Virus record (IMG/VR): IMGVR_UViG_3300035670_000193
Coordinates: 1,154 to 65,153 of that record
Length of the DNA: 64,000 bases
DNA from: a virus
Lineage: Duplodnaviria > Caudoviricetes
Reading direction: 5' to 3' (one strand)
The translations under genes and the position numbers were made by a program. Under the pieces are notes generated by a model that had not been told where the DNA came from, made no database searches, and worked only from the letters and a program-made list of their open reading frames with translations. This document shows, in pieces, positions 34,205 to 44,525 of the stretch (positions are counted from its first letter, which is position 1; each line of letters opens with the position of its first letter).

Positions 34205-34207
34205 ATA
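34200..34207 (+). promoter_or_regulatory. T4-type late promoter TATAAATA
   Basis: Exact gp55 consensus upstream of head genes. Variants nATAAATA precede other late genes (about 6211, 18185, 24596, 30054, 31885). Confidence 0.65.
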
Positions 34208-34232
34208 ATTTAATACTATATTGGAGAATATA

Positions 34233-34430
34233 ATGACAGATGCAACTAGAACAATCGTAGACTATGCTTTAAATGATGATGCTATTAAATTTAGAGAAGC
34301 ATTATATGCTAGCATACACGATAAAGTAACTGCACATTTAGATGCGGCTAAAGAAATTGTTGCTCAAAATATTGTGACCGGAACAGAAATAGAACCAGAA
34401 GAACAGATAGAGACCGATGAAAACAATTAA
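34233..34430 (+). CDS. Small acidic prohead-core-like protein (gp67 position)
   Basis: GGAG RBS, position after gp20, acidic C-terminus. Confidence 0.55.
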   Translation: MTDATRTIVDYALNDDAIKFREALYASIHDKVTAHLDAAKEIVAQNIVTGTEIEPEEQIETDENN

Positions 34431-34950
34431 AAAATTTTCTGAATATCACAACATAGAAAATAATTCTTCTGAAATATTAGAAGCTACAGATGATGTAGAT
34501 TCAATATTTGAAAATCGTTTTAATCTTCCAAAAGAAAATCATAAATTGGAAGCTGACCCTCCTGCTGTTCTAATTATGCAAAGAAAAGCAATTAGAAACT
34601 ATGGTACCCAACGTATTGCATTGTACTACATTAAACAACTTGATAAATATGTAACAATACCATACGACCATTTAAAATGGTCAATGCAAGGAGAAGAAGT
34701 AGAACAAGTTGAAGAAAGTATTATGCCACATCTTCAACATATTGTTGATAACCATACAGCCAAATCAGTTAAATTTAAAGATGGCAAAACAATGAAAGTA
34801 GATGTACAAACAGCAAATGCTATATTGAAAGTGCATGGTGCTTTAAATGATGAGAATAAAAAGAAAGTATCAGATATGGCACACAAAAGTAAAGAACACT
34901 TTCATAAAGTAGCTGACTTTGCTTGGAAACACGTAACGTACAAAAAATAG
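34417..34950 (+). CDS. Hypothetical head-module protein
   Basis: ORF overlapping the upstream stop; Glu-rich segments typical of prohead proteins. Confidence 0.5.
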   Translation: MKTIKKFSEYHNIENNSSEILEATDDVDSIFENRFNLPKENHKLEADPPAVLIMQRKAIRNYGTQRIALYYIKQLDKYVTIPYDHLKWSMQGEEVEQVEESIMPHLQHIVDNHTAKSVKFKDGKTMKVDVQTANAILKVHGALNDENKKKVSDMAHKSKEHFHKVADFAWKHVTYKK

Positions 34951-34959
34951 GATTAAAAA

Positions 34960-35481
34960 ATGCCAAATTCATATTCATATCAAGTTGTTAAAGATACGAC
35001 AGAACAATGTGTTGTTAAATTAACAGGACTTTTTGATGGTTCTGGACAAGAATCTAATGCACATCGTATTCAAGCAAACACACTTTATGGTGCGTTAAAT
35101 GCTAATACAACACCTGGTTTGCTTGTAAATGGTGGTGATGCTCTATCATACTACGGATTAAACATCAATCGAATTTGGTATAGCTCTTGGACTACAGGTG
35201 GAGAAGTTTCTCTATTTTGGGATGATGACTTCAATACACCAATCGTTTCGTTGTCTGGTGGTGGAGAATATGATGGTGCAGGTAACTGGGTAACAATTAA
35301 TAATCCAAATGCCCCTGGTGCAAATGCCACAGGAGACATTGGTATTTCAACTAGAGGTGCAGTTGCGAACTCAAGTTACAGTTTAGTACTTGAAATTCGT
35401 AAAGACAATGCTTACTATCAACGTGGTCAGTTTAATGACCCAGCTGCATTTAACTATCCACCATATAGCATAACACCTTAA
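34960..35481 (+). CDS. Hypothetical head-module structural protein
   Basis: AGGA RBS and intact ORF between gp20 and gp21. Confidence 0.5.
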   Translation: MPNSYSYQVVKDTTEQCVVKLTGLFDGSGQESNAHRIQANTLYGALNANTTPGLLVNGGDALSYYGLNINRIWYSSWTTGGEVSLFWDDDFNTPIVSLSGGGEYDGAGNWVTINNPNAPGANATGDIGISTRGAVANSSYSLVLEIRKDNAYYQRGQFNDPAAFNYPPYSITP

Positions 35482-35889
35482 ATGAAAGGTTTTATTAATA
35501 GTATACTTTCTAATAAATTAGCTGAAGCAAAAAAAGAATTAGAAAGTACGATACAAGGATTGGTTGAGAAAAAACTCAGCCAATTAAAAATGAAAATGAC
35601 TGCCGAAATGTATGGTGTGCAGTTAGATGAAGCTAATGTAATGCGAATGGGTAGAACAAAAGTTGTACGTGTTCGAATTCGTAAAGGTAAAGTACAAAGA
35701 CGTAAAAAGTTTTCGGCAGTAAAAGGTTTTACAATTCGTGGTGGTAAATTAATTCGTATGTCACCACAAGAAAGAAGAAATAGAAAGATGGCAGCTCGCC
35801 GAGCTAAGTTTAAAAGACGAGCCAAATTAAAACAAGCATTAAGAAAGAGAAATATATCTCTAAGAAAAAGAAGGGCAATGGGACTATGA
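35482..35889 (+). CDS. gp68: Prohead core protein (gp68-like, basic)
   Basis: Arg/Lys-rich C-terminus ending RKRNISLRKRRAMGL; directly upstream of gp21. Confidence 0.7.
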   Translation: MKGFINSILSNKLAEAKKELESTIQGLVEKKLSQLKMKMTAEMYGVQLDEANVMRMGRTKVVRVRIRKGKVQRRKKFSAVKGFTIRGGKLIRMSPQERRNRKMAARRAKFKRRAKLKQALRKRNISLRKRRAMGL

Positions 35890-36533
35890 AACTTATAAAA
35901 GAAGTTTTTGAAACAGTTGAATACCAATATTTGGAAGAAGCAAATGGAAAGAAAAGCCTTTGCATCGAAGGTCCATTTTTGGTTGCTGAAAAGAAAAACA
36001 AAAATGGTAGACTGTATGAATACAATACCATGAAAAAAGAAGTTGCCCGTTATACAGAAGATTACATTAATAAACAACGTGCTTTTGGTGAATTAGGTCA
36101 TCCTGAAACACCAACAATTAACTTGGACCGTGTCTCTCATATGATTACAGGATTGAGAGAAGACGGCAACCAATGGATTGGAAAAGCAAAAATCCTTGAT
36201 ACACCAATGGGTAACATTGCAAAAAGTCTCATTGAGGGTGGTGCGTGTCTCGGTGTTTCATCAAGGGGAATGGGTTCATTGAAAAACGTTAATGGTGTCA
36301 ACGTTGTTCAACCAGATTTTTATCTAGCCACAGCGGCAGATATCGTAGCTGACCCTTCTGCACCAGGTGCTTTTGTACAAGGCATCATGGAAGGGAAAGA
36401 ATGGATGTTAGTCAAAGGCGTATGGACAGAAGTTGAATATGAAGAATCACGCAAACAGATTCAACAGGCCTCTCGTAAAGAGATTGAAGAAGTAAGTCTA
36501 CGCATATTTGAAAACTTCATAAAAAAACTTTAA
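35886..36533 (+). CDS. gp21: Prohead protease gp21
   Basis: NKNGRLY, GELGHP, GVSSRGMGSL, DIVADPSAPGAFV. Confidence 0.95.
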   Translation: MKLIKEVFETVEYQYLEEANGKKSLCIEGPFLVAEKKNKNGRLYEYNTMKKEVARYTEDYINKQRAFGELGHPETPTINLDRVSHMITGLREDGNQWIGKAKILDTPMGNIAKSLIEGGACLGVSSRGMGSLKNVNGVNVVQPDFYLATAADIVADPSAPGAFVQGIMEGKEWMLVKGVWTEVEYEESRKQIQQASRKEIEEVSLRIFENFIKKL

Positions 36534-36534
36534 T

Positions 36535-36542
36535 TATAAATA
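36535..36542 (+). promoter_or_regulatory. T4-type late promoter TATAAATA upstream of gp22/gp23
   Basis: Exact consensus followed by AAGGAG RBS. Confidence 0.65.
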
Positions 36543-36571
36543 TCTAATACCAAATCAAGGAGATTTTCAAA

Positions 36572-37801
36572 ATGGGAAAATTCAATCTGACAGAAGCCGC
36601 TAAAGAAATTCTTGCAGGTAGTGTTGCAAGTGCAGGTGGCGAAAAACAACCTCAAAAGTTGTCTGGTTCAGTCGCTTATGACACACACGAAGCAGGAGAC
36701 ATTGGTTCATCACCTGAAAAAATGGATGACCAAAATCCTGACTACACCAAAGGTACACCTTCAGCAACTCCACCAGGTGCAACTCCACCGGTTGGTTCTG
36801 AACCTGCTAAGAAATTAACAGGTCAACCACAAGAAACACAAGGTCGTGCAGACTTAGCTAAACCTGTACAGGCTGATGCACAAGATATTAACTCTTTAGT
36901 TAATCGTGTAAAAGCAAAACTTGCAGGTCAAACAATGCAAGCAAATCCAGGTGCCACATTCCAGTCTTATGGTGAAGAAACTGAAGCTGCTGAAGAAATG
37001 GTAGCTGAAGAAATGAAAGACGAAGATGAAAAAGAGGACAAAGAAGAAATGAAGAAAAAGGTATCTAAAGAAAAAATGAAAGAAGATATCGATGCTCTTT
37101 TCTCCGGTGAATCTCTTTCTGAAGAATTCAAATTAAAAGTTGAAACAATTTTTGAAGCAGCTGTTATTGCTCGTGCTGAAGAAGTTATTGCTGAAGCAGA
37201 GACAGAATTGATGGAACAATTCCAAGTTGCTGTTGAAGAAATTAAAGAAGAAATGGCATCTAAAATTGATGACTATTTAAATTATATGGTTGAAGAGTGG
37301 ATGGCAGAAAATGAATTAGCAATCGAATCTGGTCTCCGTGCAGAAATTGCCGAAGAATTTATGGAAGGATTGCGTAATCTGTTTGTCGAACACTACATTG
37401 AAATTCCACAAGAGAAAGTAGATGTTATTGAAGAGTTAACAAGCAAAGTTGAAGAACTTGAACAAACTGTTAACGAACAAATCAATAAAAACATTGAACT
37501 CAATAAAGAATTAAATGAACAGAAAAAAATTGAGGCTATCTACACAGCGTGTGAAGGCCTAACACAGACTCAAGTAGAAAAGCTTAAGTCACTTGCAGAA
37601 GGTGTCGAGTATACTACAGAAGAAGAGTTTGGTGCAAAGTTAACTACATTAAAAGAGTCTTATTTTAAGACTGATGTTAAAGTAGCCAACAGTTCAGCTT
37701 TGAATGAAGAAATTGAAATTGAAGAGGAAAAGAAAACAACTTTTGCTGACCCTTCAATGGAAATTTATGCAAAAACAATTTCACAAACTGTGGTAAAATA
37801 A
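36572..37801 (+). CDS. gp22: Prohead scaffolding protein gp22
   Basis: LSEEFK..IFEAAV, YL.YMVEEWM.EN.LAIE.G; acidic coiled coil. Confidence 0.9.
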   Translation: MGKFNLTEAAKEILAGSVASAGGEKQPQKLSGSVAYDTHEAGDIGSSPEKMDDQNPDYTKGTPSATPPGATPPVGSEPAKKLTGQPQETQGRADLAKPVQADAQDINSLVNRVKAKLAGQTMQANPGATFQSYGEETEAAEEMVAEEMKDEDEKEDKEEMKKKVSKEKMKEDIDALFSGESLSEEFKLKVETIFEAAVIARAEEVIAEAETELMEQFQVAVEEIKEEMASKIDDYLNYMVEEWMAENELAIESGLRAEIAEEFMEGLRNLFVEHYIEIPQEKVDVIEELTSKVEELEQTVNEQINKNIELNKELNEQKKIEAIYTACEGLTQTQVEKLKSLAEGVEYTTEEEFGAKLTTLKESYFKTDVKVANSSALNEEIEIEEEKKTTFADPSMEIYAKTISQTVVK

Positions 37802-37847
37802 TTTACTAAATAAATTACCATTAGATACTCATAACAAGGAGATATAA

Positions 37848-39185
37848 ATGTATCTGACCGAAGAACTACAAAAGAAATGGCAGCCAGTTCTGGAACATCC
37901 AGAGCTCGAGTCCATTAAAGACCCATACAAGAAAGCGGTTACCGCTCTTGTATTGGAAAATCAACAACAAGCAATGAACGCTGACAAGCAGGCTCTGATG
38001 GAAGCTACTGCATCTGCACCAACCAACGTTACTGGTTCCGCAGTTGCAAACTTTGACCCAATCCTGATTTCTCTCGTTCGCCGTGCTCTGCCAAATCTGA
38101 TTGCGTATGACGTTGCTGGCGTTCAGCCAATGACAGGTCCTACAGGTCTGATTTTCGCAATGCGTGCTCGTTACAACGACCAGACTGGTTCTGAAGCATT
38201 CTACAATGAAGCTAACACAATCTTTACTGGTAATACATCTGCTGTTGGTACTTACAATAACTACGGTTTCAAAGGTACTGCTGCAACAGACGTTGGTACA
38301 AACCCAATCGCATCTCTGACTGCTAACGCATACACAACTGGTATCGGTATGCAGACAAGCATCGCTGAAGGCCTTGGTGCTGACGGTAATGCTCCTTTCA
38401 ATCAGATGGCATTTAGCATTGAGAAAGTTACTGTAACTGCTCAGTCACGTGCTCTGAAAGCCGAGTACTCACTTGAACTCGCTCAAGACCTGAAGGCAAT
38501 TCATGGTCTGGATGCTGAAACAGAATTGTCTAACATTCTGTCTACAGAAATCCTTGCTGAAATCAACCGTGAAGTTATTCGTACAATCTACACAACTGCT
38601 GTTGCAGGTGCTCAGTATGGTACAACAACTGCTGGTTACTTCGACCTTGACACAGATTCAAATGGTCGTTGGTCAGTTGAGCGTTTCAAAGGTCTGATTT
38701 TCCAAATCGAGCGTGATGCAAACGTTATTGCCAAGCAGACTCGTAGAGGTAAAGGTAACGTTCTGATTGTTTCTTCAGACGTTGCTTCTGCAATGGCCAT
38801 GGCTGGTGTTCTTTCATACACACCTGCTCTGCAAACAGACCTTCAAGTAGATGACACAGGTAACACCTTCGCAGGTCTGTTACATGGTCGTATCAAGGTC
38901 TACATTGACCCATACTTCGGTGGTTACACATCTAACCAAGAGTTGGTAACAGTTGGTTATAAGGGTTCTTCTCCTTATGACGCAGGTATTTTCTACTGCC
39001 CATACGTTCCTCTCCAAATGGTTCGTGCCGTTGACCAGTTCACATTCCAACCAAAGATTGGATTCAAGACTCGTTACGGTATGGTTGCAAACCCATTTGC
39101 ACAAGGTCTGACAGCTGGTAACGGTATTCTGAACGCACGTTCTAACGTTTACTACCGTATCTTTGGTGTTAAGAACCTCATGTAA
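37848..39185 (+). CDS. gp23: Major capsid protein gp23
   Basis: GVQPMTGPTGLIFAMR, SRALKAEYSLELAQDLKAIHGLDAE, FQPKIGFKTRYG. Confidence 0.97.
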   Translation: MYLTEELQKKWQPVLEHPELESIKDPYKKAVTALVLENQQQAMNADKQALMEATASAPTNVTGSAVANFDPILISLVRRALPNLIAYDVAGVQPMTGPTGLIFAMRARYNDQTGSEAFYNEANTIFTGNTSAVGTYNNYGFKGTAATDVGTNPIASLTANAYTTGIGMQTSIAEGLGADGNAPFNQMAFSIEKVTVTAQSRALKAEYSLELAQDLKAIHGLDAETELSNILSTEILAEINREVIRTIYTTAVAGAQYGTTTAGYFDLDTDSNGRWSVERFKGLIFQIERDANVIAKQTRRGKGNVLIVSSDVASAMAMAGVLSYTPALQTDLQVDDTGNTFAGLLHGRIKVYIDPYFGGYTSNQELVTVGYKGSSPYDAGIFYCPYVPLQMVRAVDQFTFQPKIGFKTRYGMVANPFAQGLTAGNGILNARSNVYYRIFGVKNLM

Positions 39186-39212
39186 TAAAACCACCACTAA
39201 GAGTGGTACTTT

Positions 39213-39242
39213 AAAAGGGACTCTTCGGAGTCCCTTTTTTTT
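39213..39242 (+). terminator. Rho-independent terminator after gp23
   Basis: aaaagggactc-ttcg-gagtccc followed by a T8 tract. Confidence 0.9.
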
Positions 39243-39260
39243 ATTCAACTAAATAATAGT

Positions 39261-39785
39261 ATGACAGCGATTACAAGAACCCCACAAAACACGAACTTTC
39301 TTCAACCCACCAAGTTTACCTTGGCGATTGATAGAATAGGTACGGCACAATTCTTTTGCCAATCGGTAAATATACCAGGTGTTAATCTTGGTAGTGCGCC
39401 TATTAATTTTCCAAGTATTGATGTACAGGCACCTGGAAATAAGATTACGTACAATCAGTTGAACATTCGCTTTCTTGTAGACGAAAAGATGCAATCGTGG
39501 CAAGATATACACAATTGGTTTCGGTCTATTGCTGCACCATCAGGTACCGCAGAGAGAAACAAATTAACTGCTATACAAAACAATTTTAAAGGTACCACAG
39601 GTGGTTATTCGGACGGAACACTTACTGTTCTTTCTGCATTGAACAATCCTTTGGTAAGAGTACAGTTCTACAATATGTTTCCAATTGCCTTGTCTGATAT
39701 TGTTTTTGATACCACAATGTCTGCTGAAGATATTATTACGGCAGATGCCACTTTTATGTTCGACTATTTTGACTTTATAACATAA
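39261..39785 (+). CDS. gp3: Tail completion protein gp3
   Basis: NFLQPTKF, FFCQSVNIPG, FLVDE, FP..LS motifs; gp23-gp3-uvsY synteny. Confidence 0.85.
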   Translation: MTAITRTPQNTNFLQPTKFTLAIDRIGTAQFFCQSVNIPGVNLGSAPINFPSIDVQAPGNKITYNQLNIRFLVDEKMQSWQDIHNWFRSIAAPSGTAERNKLTAIQNNFKGTTGGYSDGTLTVLSALNNPLVRVQFYNMFPIALSDIVFDTTMSAEDIITADATFMFDYFDFIT

Positions 39786-39787
39786 GC

Positions 39788-39817
39788 TTGACAATGTAAC
39801 ATTTTTTGTGTTATATT
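39788..39817 (+). promoter_or_regulatory. sigma70-type promoter for the uvsY-uvsW block
   Basis: TTGACA, 18 nt, TATATT with a TG extension. Confidence 0.6.
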
Positions 39818-39848
39818 GCAATTTTAACGTTACTTTTTTGAATACATT

Positions 39849-40283
39849 ATGGAAAACCTAGAACAAGTACTCAAATTTTGGGAAAAAGATACAGTCATTG
39901 ACCAGACGGAACCTGGCAAAGAACTGTTGAAGATTCCAACTCTACACAACAAGTACCTCACTATTCTCACCAAACACAAAATTGCTGCCAAGAAGGCACA
40001 CTTTGACTATCTACGTATGCGTAAGGTCAAATGGGAATATTACAATGGCAAAATGTCACAAGAAGAACTTGCCGAGTACGGATGGGAACCATTTCAATTT
40101 ACATTAAAGTCTGATATTAATACTTACCTGGAAGCAGACAATGATTTAATCAAACTTCTGGAGAAAAAAGTTTACCATGAAGAAGTTGTATCGGTAATTG
40201 AAAGCATATTGAATGAACTGAAACAAAGAACATGGCAACTTAGAGATTTTATTTCTTGGGAGAAATTCATAGGTGGCCAATGA
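39849..40283 (+). CDS. uvsY: Recombination mediator UvsY
   Basis: IPTLHNKYL, KWEYYNGK, YLEAD motifs; synteny. Confidence 0.85.
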   Translation: MENLEQVLKFWEKDTVIDQTEPGKELLKIPTLHNKYLTILTKHKIAAKKAHFDYLRMRKVKWEYYNGKMSQEELAEYGWEPFQFTLKSDINTYLEADNDLIKLLEKKVYHEEVVSVIESILNELKQRTWQLRDFISWEKFIGGQ

Positions 40284-41784
40284 TTTAATAGTCAAAAAGC
40301 AAAATGAAGTATTCGTAAAAGTTGAATGTGAAAAACACTTAGCAAAAGAATTATCAGAATACTTTACTTTTTTTGTCCCTGGATATCAATTTGTTCCTGC
40401 ATATCGTAATCGTATATGGGATGGAAAAATAAGACTTTTTAATTTACAGTCTAATACACTTTATGTTGGATTATTAAATTATCTACAATTATTTTGTGAA
40501 GAAAGAGAATACAACTGTACTCTTTTGGATAACTTAGATGTTGAAGATGAGTTTTCTGTATATCATGCAAAAAAATTTACTGAAGAATTAAAAATATATT
40601 CTGCTGGTAAACCAATTACTGTCAACGAACACCAACTTGATGCGTTTATACATATAATGCAAAAGCGTCGTGCGTTGATTTTATCACCCACAGCATCAGG
40701 CAAATCTCTCATAATATATCTAATAGTAAGGCAACTATTAGATTATCAAAATCTCAAAGGTTTAATTATAGTTCCAACCACATCTTTGGTTGAACAATTG
40801 TATTCTGATTTTGGCGATTATTCAAATCAAGCTGAGTTTAAAAACCATGAATCTGTACATCGCATTTACCAAGGTAAAGAAAAACAAACCGATAAACCAA
40901 TCACCATCTCTACTTGGCAATCTTTATACAAACTACCTAAAGAATACTTTGAACAATTTGATTATATCATTGGTGATGAAGCACATTTGTTTAAAGCACA
41001 ATCACTCACATCAATACTCACATCATGCACAAAGGCAAAATATAGAATTGGTTTAACTGGTACACTTGATGGTACAAAAACACACAAGCTTGTTTTGGAA
41101 GGTTTGTTTGGTCCTGTTCAAAAAGTTATTTCAACAAAAGAATTGATTGATGCTGGTAAATTATCAAACTTTAATATTAAATGTTTAGTCTTAAAACATC
41201 CAGACAATCTGTGTGAAAGACACAAAGACTTTACTTACCAAGAAGAAATAAAGTATCTTATAGAATCTGAACCAAGAAACAAGTTTATTAAAAATCTTGC
41301 GGTTTCTTTGAAGAAAAATACCTTAGTTCTATATCAAATGGTTGACAAACATGGTAGAATATTGTATGATTTAATTAGAAATACTAAGAATATAGGAAAT
41401 AGAAAAGTATTTTTTGTACATGGTGGTGTCGAAGCAACTGATAGAGAAGAAATAAGAAGTATCATGGAAAAAGAAGAAGATGCAATTATTGTAGCTTCTT
41501 TTGGAACTTTCTCTACAGGTATTAATATTAAGAATCTTCATAATATTATATTTGCTATGCCTACAAAGTCAAGCATACGAACTCTACAAAGTATTGGTCG
41601 TGGACTTAGACAGTTGGATGGTAAAGATATGGCAACACTATATGATGTATCTGACGATATGCGTTACAAAAAACACATGAACTATACACTTAAACACTTT
41701 ATTGAACGCACAAAGATATATAATGAAGAACAATTTAATTTTAAAATTTACAAGATAGGTCTTAAAGATGATTCAAATAATTAA
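40273..41784 (+). CDS. uvsW: SF2 DNA helicase UvsW
   Basis: WDGKIRLF, SPTASGKS, DEAH, GLTGT, LQSIGRGLR. Confidence 0.93.
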   Translation: MANDLIVKKQNEVFVKVECEKHLAKELSEYFTFFVPGYQFVPAYRNRIWDGKIRLFNLQSNTLYVGLLNYLQLFCEEREYNCTLLDNLDVEDEFSVYHAKKFTEELKIYSAGKPITVNEHQLDAFIHIMQKRRALILSPTASGKSLIIYLIVRQLLDYQNLKGLIIVPTTSLVEQLYSDFGDYSNQAEFKNHESVHRIYQGKEKQTDKPITISTWQSLYKLPKEYFEQFDYIIGDEAHLFKAQSLTSILTSCTKAKYRIGLTGTLDGTKTHKLVLEGLFGPVQKVISTKELIDAGKLSNFNIKCLVLKHPDNLCERHKDFTYQEEIKYLIESEPRNKFIKNLAVSLKKNTLVLYQMVDKHGRILYDLIRNTKNIGNRKVFFVHGGVEATDREEIRSIMEKEEDAIIVASFGTFSTGINIKNLHNIIFAMPTKSSIRTLQSIGRGLRQLDGKDMATLYDVSDDMRYKKHMNYTLKHFIERTKIYNEEQFNFKIYKIGLKDDSNN

Positions 41785-42145
41785 ACTTCAAAATGGTGAA
41801 AATCTAATCGCTAACGTGTCACTAGAAAATGGACAATATATTTTAGAAGAACCTATGGAGTTTGATGTTGACCATAGAAGTAGTAATTCAACTGGTTCTT
41901 TAATTATGAAACATTGGTTGCCTGTACAACTTCTTAAAAAGAATGAGGTAATTATTAAAACTAGAGATGTTCTTTCGGTTCTAGAACCAGATGAAGAATT
42001 CTCCGAGTACTATCTTCATACGGTTGAAAGAATAAAAAAATTACTTGATGCAAAAAACTCTGTGAAGGTTATGAGTGAAGAAGAAATGAAACAAGTGTTA
42101 GAGGCATTGTTAGATGATTCTGATGAGGATAAAGTACTACATTAA
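41768..42145 (+). CDS. Conserved hypothetical protein between uvsW and gp55
   Basis: IIKL.NGE.LIA motif (Sm-like fold possible); conserved position in T4-like phages. Confidence 0.6.
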   Translation: MIQIIKLQNGENLIANVSLENGQYILEEPMEFDVDHRSSNSTGSLIMKHWLPVQLLKKNEVIIKTRDVLSVLEPDEEFSEYYLHTVERIKKLLDAKNSVKVMSEEEMKQVLEALLDDSDEDKVLH

Positions 42146-42229
42146 TATATTATCTTCAACCCAGGACATACTCGACTTTAAAGACTTGTCAAGCGAATGT
42201 CAATAGAGATGATGAAAGATTACCAAATT

Positions 42230-42772
42230 ATGAGTAAACAAAAACACTATATCAATAACGCAGACTTTTTACAGGCTCTCGTTGAGTACAAAGAGAAATG
42301 CAAAGAGGCTAAAAAAGAAAAGAAAAACAAACCACCTATACCAAATTACATAGGTGAGTGTTTTATGAAAATTGCGGAAGGTTTATCTCATAAACCAAAC
42401 TTTATTAACTACACCTATCGTGATGAAATGGTTTCGGATGGTATAGAAAATTGTTTAATGTATTTTGATAACTTTGACCCAACAAAATCAAAAAATCCAT
42501 TTGCCTATTTTACTCAAATCATTTATTATGCTTTTCTCAGACGCATCAACAAAGAAAAAAAACAGACCTATACCAAATACAAACTTACCGAACAATTTGG
42601 TATTTTAGATGAGTATGAGATGATGGAACTAGACGATGGTACTACGAAACAATTTGAGTTATATGACAACATTGCTGAGTTCATTGAGAACTATGAGGAA
42701 AACAAGAAAACCAAAAAGATAGAAAAAATGGCAAACAAACCAAAAGGTATTGAAAATTTTTTAGGAGAATGA
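42230..42772 (+). CDS. gp55: Late transcription sigma factor gp55
   Basis: HYINN, YIGECFMKIAEGLS, NPFAYFTQI.YYAFLRRI.KEK. Confidence 0.93.
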   Translation: MSKQKHYINNADFLQALVEYKEKCKEAKKEKKNKPPIPNYIGECFMKIAEGLSHKPNFINYTYRDEMVSDGIENCLMYFDNFDPTKSKNPFAYFTQIIYYAFLRRINKEKKQTYTKYKLTEQFGILDEYEMMELDDGTTKQFELYDNIAEFIENYEENKKTKKIEKMANKPKGIENFLGE

Positions 42773-42776
42773 TATA

Positions 42777-42920
42777 ATGTTTAAGGTAACATTTTTGATT
42801 GCAATGAACAGTTCAATGGTGGGTTTTAAGTGGTTTAAATCTAAGCAAGAAGCTTTAGATTATGCTGCAACTGTACCATTAATAGAAATTAAATACTATG
42901 AAAATAGCAATAATAACTGA
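42777..42920 (+). CDS. Small 47-aa ORF missing from the ORF track
   Basis: AGGAG RBS at about 42763; fills the gp55-gp47 gap. It overlaps a TTGAAA-17-TATAAT promoter candidate (42750-42778). Confidence 0.45.
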   Translation: MFKVTFLIAMNSSMVGFKWFKSKQEALDYAATVPLIEIKYYENSNNN

Positions 42921-43980
42921 CCAACATTTTGGCGCAAGAAATGACTCACTAGCTTTTTTAGACTACTATGAAAAATTTTATAGTGAAACATTTTTTCCCA
43001 CACTAATAGAAAACAAGATTAATACTGTACTAATCTTAGGTGACACCTTTGATAGAAGGAAGTATGTTAATTTCTTCACACTTAAACGTACCAAACAGAT
43101 GTTTTTTGACCGACTACATGAACTTAATATTGAAGTTCATATGTTGGCAGGAAACCATGACACATATTTTAAAAATACCAATGAAGTTAATTCTGTTGAT
43201 TTGTTATTGCAAGAATATGATAACATCACAGTAATTGATTCACCACAAACCATACATCTAAAGTATGAAGATGAATCAATGGATGTTTGTATGATACCAT
43301 GGATGTGTACAGATAATTATAAAAACTGTCTACTGGAGATAGAAAACACCTCCGCTTCAATTTGCATGGGACACTTTGAAATTGCCGGTTTTCATCACGT
43401 GCGTGGTATGCCATCAGAAGATGGTATTGATAGAAAGATATTTAAGAAATTCGACATGGTGTTTAGTGGTCATTATCACCACCGCCACACACAAGACAAT
43501 ATTACCTATCTTGGTAATCCATACGAACTCACATGGATTGACTATAACGATAAACGTGGTTTTCATTTGTTTGATTTGGAAACAAGAGAGTTGGAATTTG
43601 TAGAAAATCCAAACAGTATGTTTCACAGAATAGTTTATGACGATAAAGAAGAATCGATTACAGACATTACCAACAAAGACTTGTCAAAATATAAAAACAC
43701 TTATGTCAAAGTTGTGGTACTAAACAAAACAAACCCTTATCTGTTTGATAAATTTATTGAAAACCTTTACAATGTGGCACCTGTTGATATTACCATTGCC
43801 GAAGATTTTTCTGACTTGACAGAAGGTCTAGATGATGATATGATAGACCAAGCAGAAGATACTATTACAATTATCAACAAATTTATTGATAACATTGAAG
43901 AAGACAACATTAATAATGATAGATTGAAAACAGTAATGCGTGAACTCTATGTTGAGGCATTAAACACGGAGAAAACTTAA
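42898..43980 (+). CDS. gp47: Recombination nuclease gp47 (Mre11/SbcD-like)
   Basis: TDQHFG, GDTFDRR, GNHD, SGHYH metallophosphoesterase motifs. Confidence 0.92.
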   Translation: MKIAIITDQHFGARNDSLAFLDYYEKFYSETFFPTLIENKINTVLILGDTFDRRKYVNFFTLKRTKQMFFDRLHELNIEVHMLAGNHDTYFKNTNEVNSVDLLLQEYDNITVIDSPQTIHLKYEDESMDVCMIPWMCTDNYKNCLLEIENTSASICMGHFEIAGFHHVRGMPSEDGIDRKIFKKFDMVFSGHYHHRHTQDNITYLGNPYELTWIDYNDKRGFHLFDLETRELEFVENPNSMFHRIVYDDKEESITDITNKDLSKYKNTYVKVVVLNKTNPYLFDKFIENLYNVAPVDITIAEDFSDLTEGLDDDMIDQAEDTITIINKFIDNIEEDNINNDRLKTVMRELYVEALNTEKT

Positions 43981-44525
43981 TGATACCTTTTGTTTGTAAA
44001 GATAGATTCTTAACAGAAGAAGAAAATAAAAAAATTTTAGATTTTTGTTCAGGTTTAACATTAGAACAAGGTCGTGCTGGTAAAGTTTTAGAAAGTGATT
44101 TGAGAAAAAGTAATGTTAGCTTTTTTAAAAGAGATAAATCTTCGGAGTGGATTTTTGAAAAAATAAATTTACTAGTAAGAGAATCAAATTTTTATTTTTA
44201 TAATTTTAATATCACAGGATATAATTTTATACAATATGCGGAGTATGATTCTCGTTATTTTGGAAGATACGATTGGCACATGGATATGTCTCTCAAAAAA
44301 GAAAGAACGACAACAGAGAGAAAACTATCTGTTTCTATTTTATTGAATGAACCTGAGATTGATTTTGAAGGCGGAGAATTTGAAATAACGGATTCATTTA
44401 ATACAAATTTGAAAAAAAATTCAGCAATTATATTTCCATCTTTTTTATATCATCGTGTTAATACTGTTACAAAAGGTATTAGAAAATCTCTTGTCGTATG
44501 GGCTGAAGGACCTAGTTTTACTTAA
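43980..44525 (+). CDS. 2OG-Fe(II) oxygenase (prolyl-hydroxylase-like)
   Basis: WHMD..RKLS..FEGGEF..FPSFLYHRV..V.KG.RKSLV.W. Confidence 0.85.
   Translation: MIPFVCKDRFLTEEENKKILDFCSGLTLEQGRAGKVLESDLRKSNVSFFKRDKSSEWIFEKINLLVRESNFYFYNFNITGYNFIQYAEYDSRYFGRYDWHMDMSLKKERTTTERKLSVSILLNEPEIDFEGGEFEITDSFNTNLKKNSAIIFPSFLYHRVNTVTKGIRKSLVVWAEGPSFT

Noticed and set aside
28370-41784. Introns or inteins in terminase, portal, capsid or UvsW
   Set aside because: All are continuous and of ordinary length, with no intein or intron signature.
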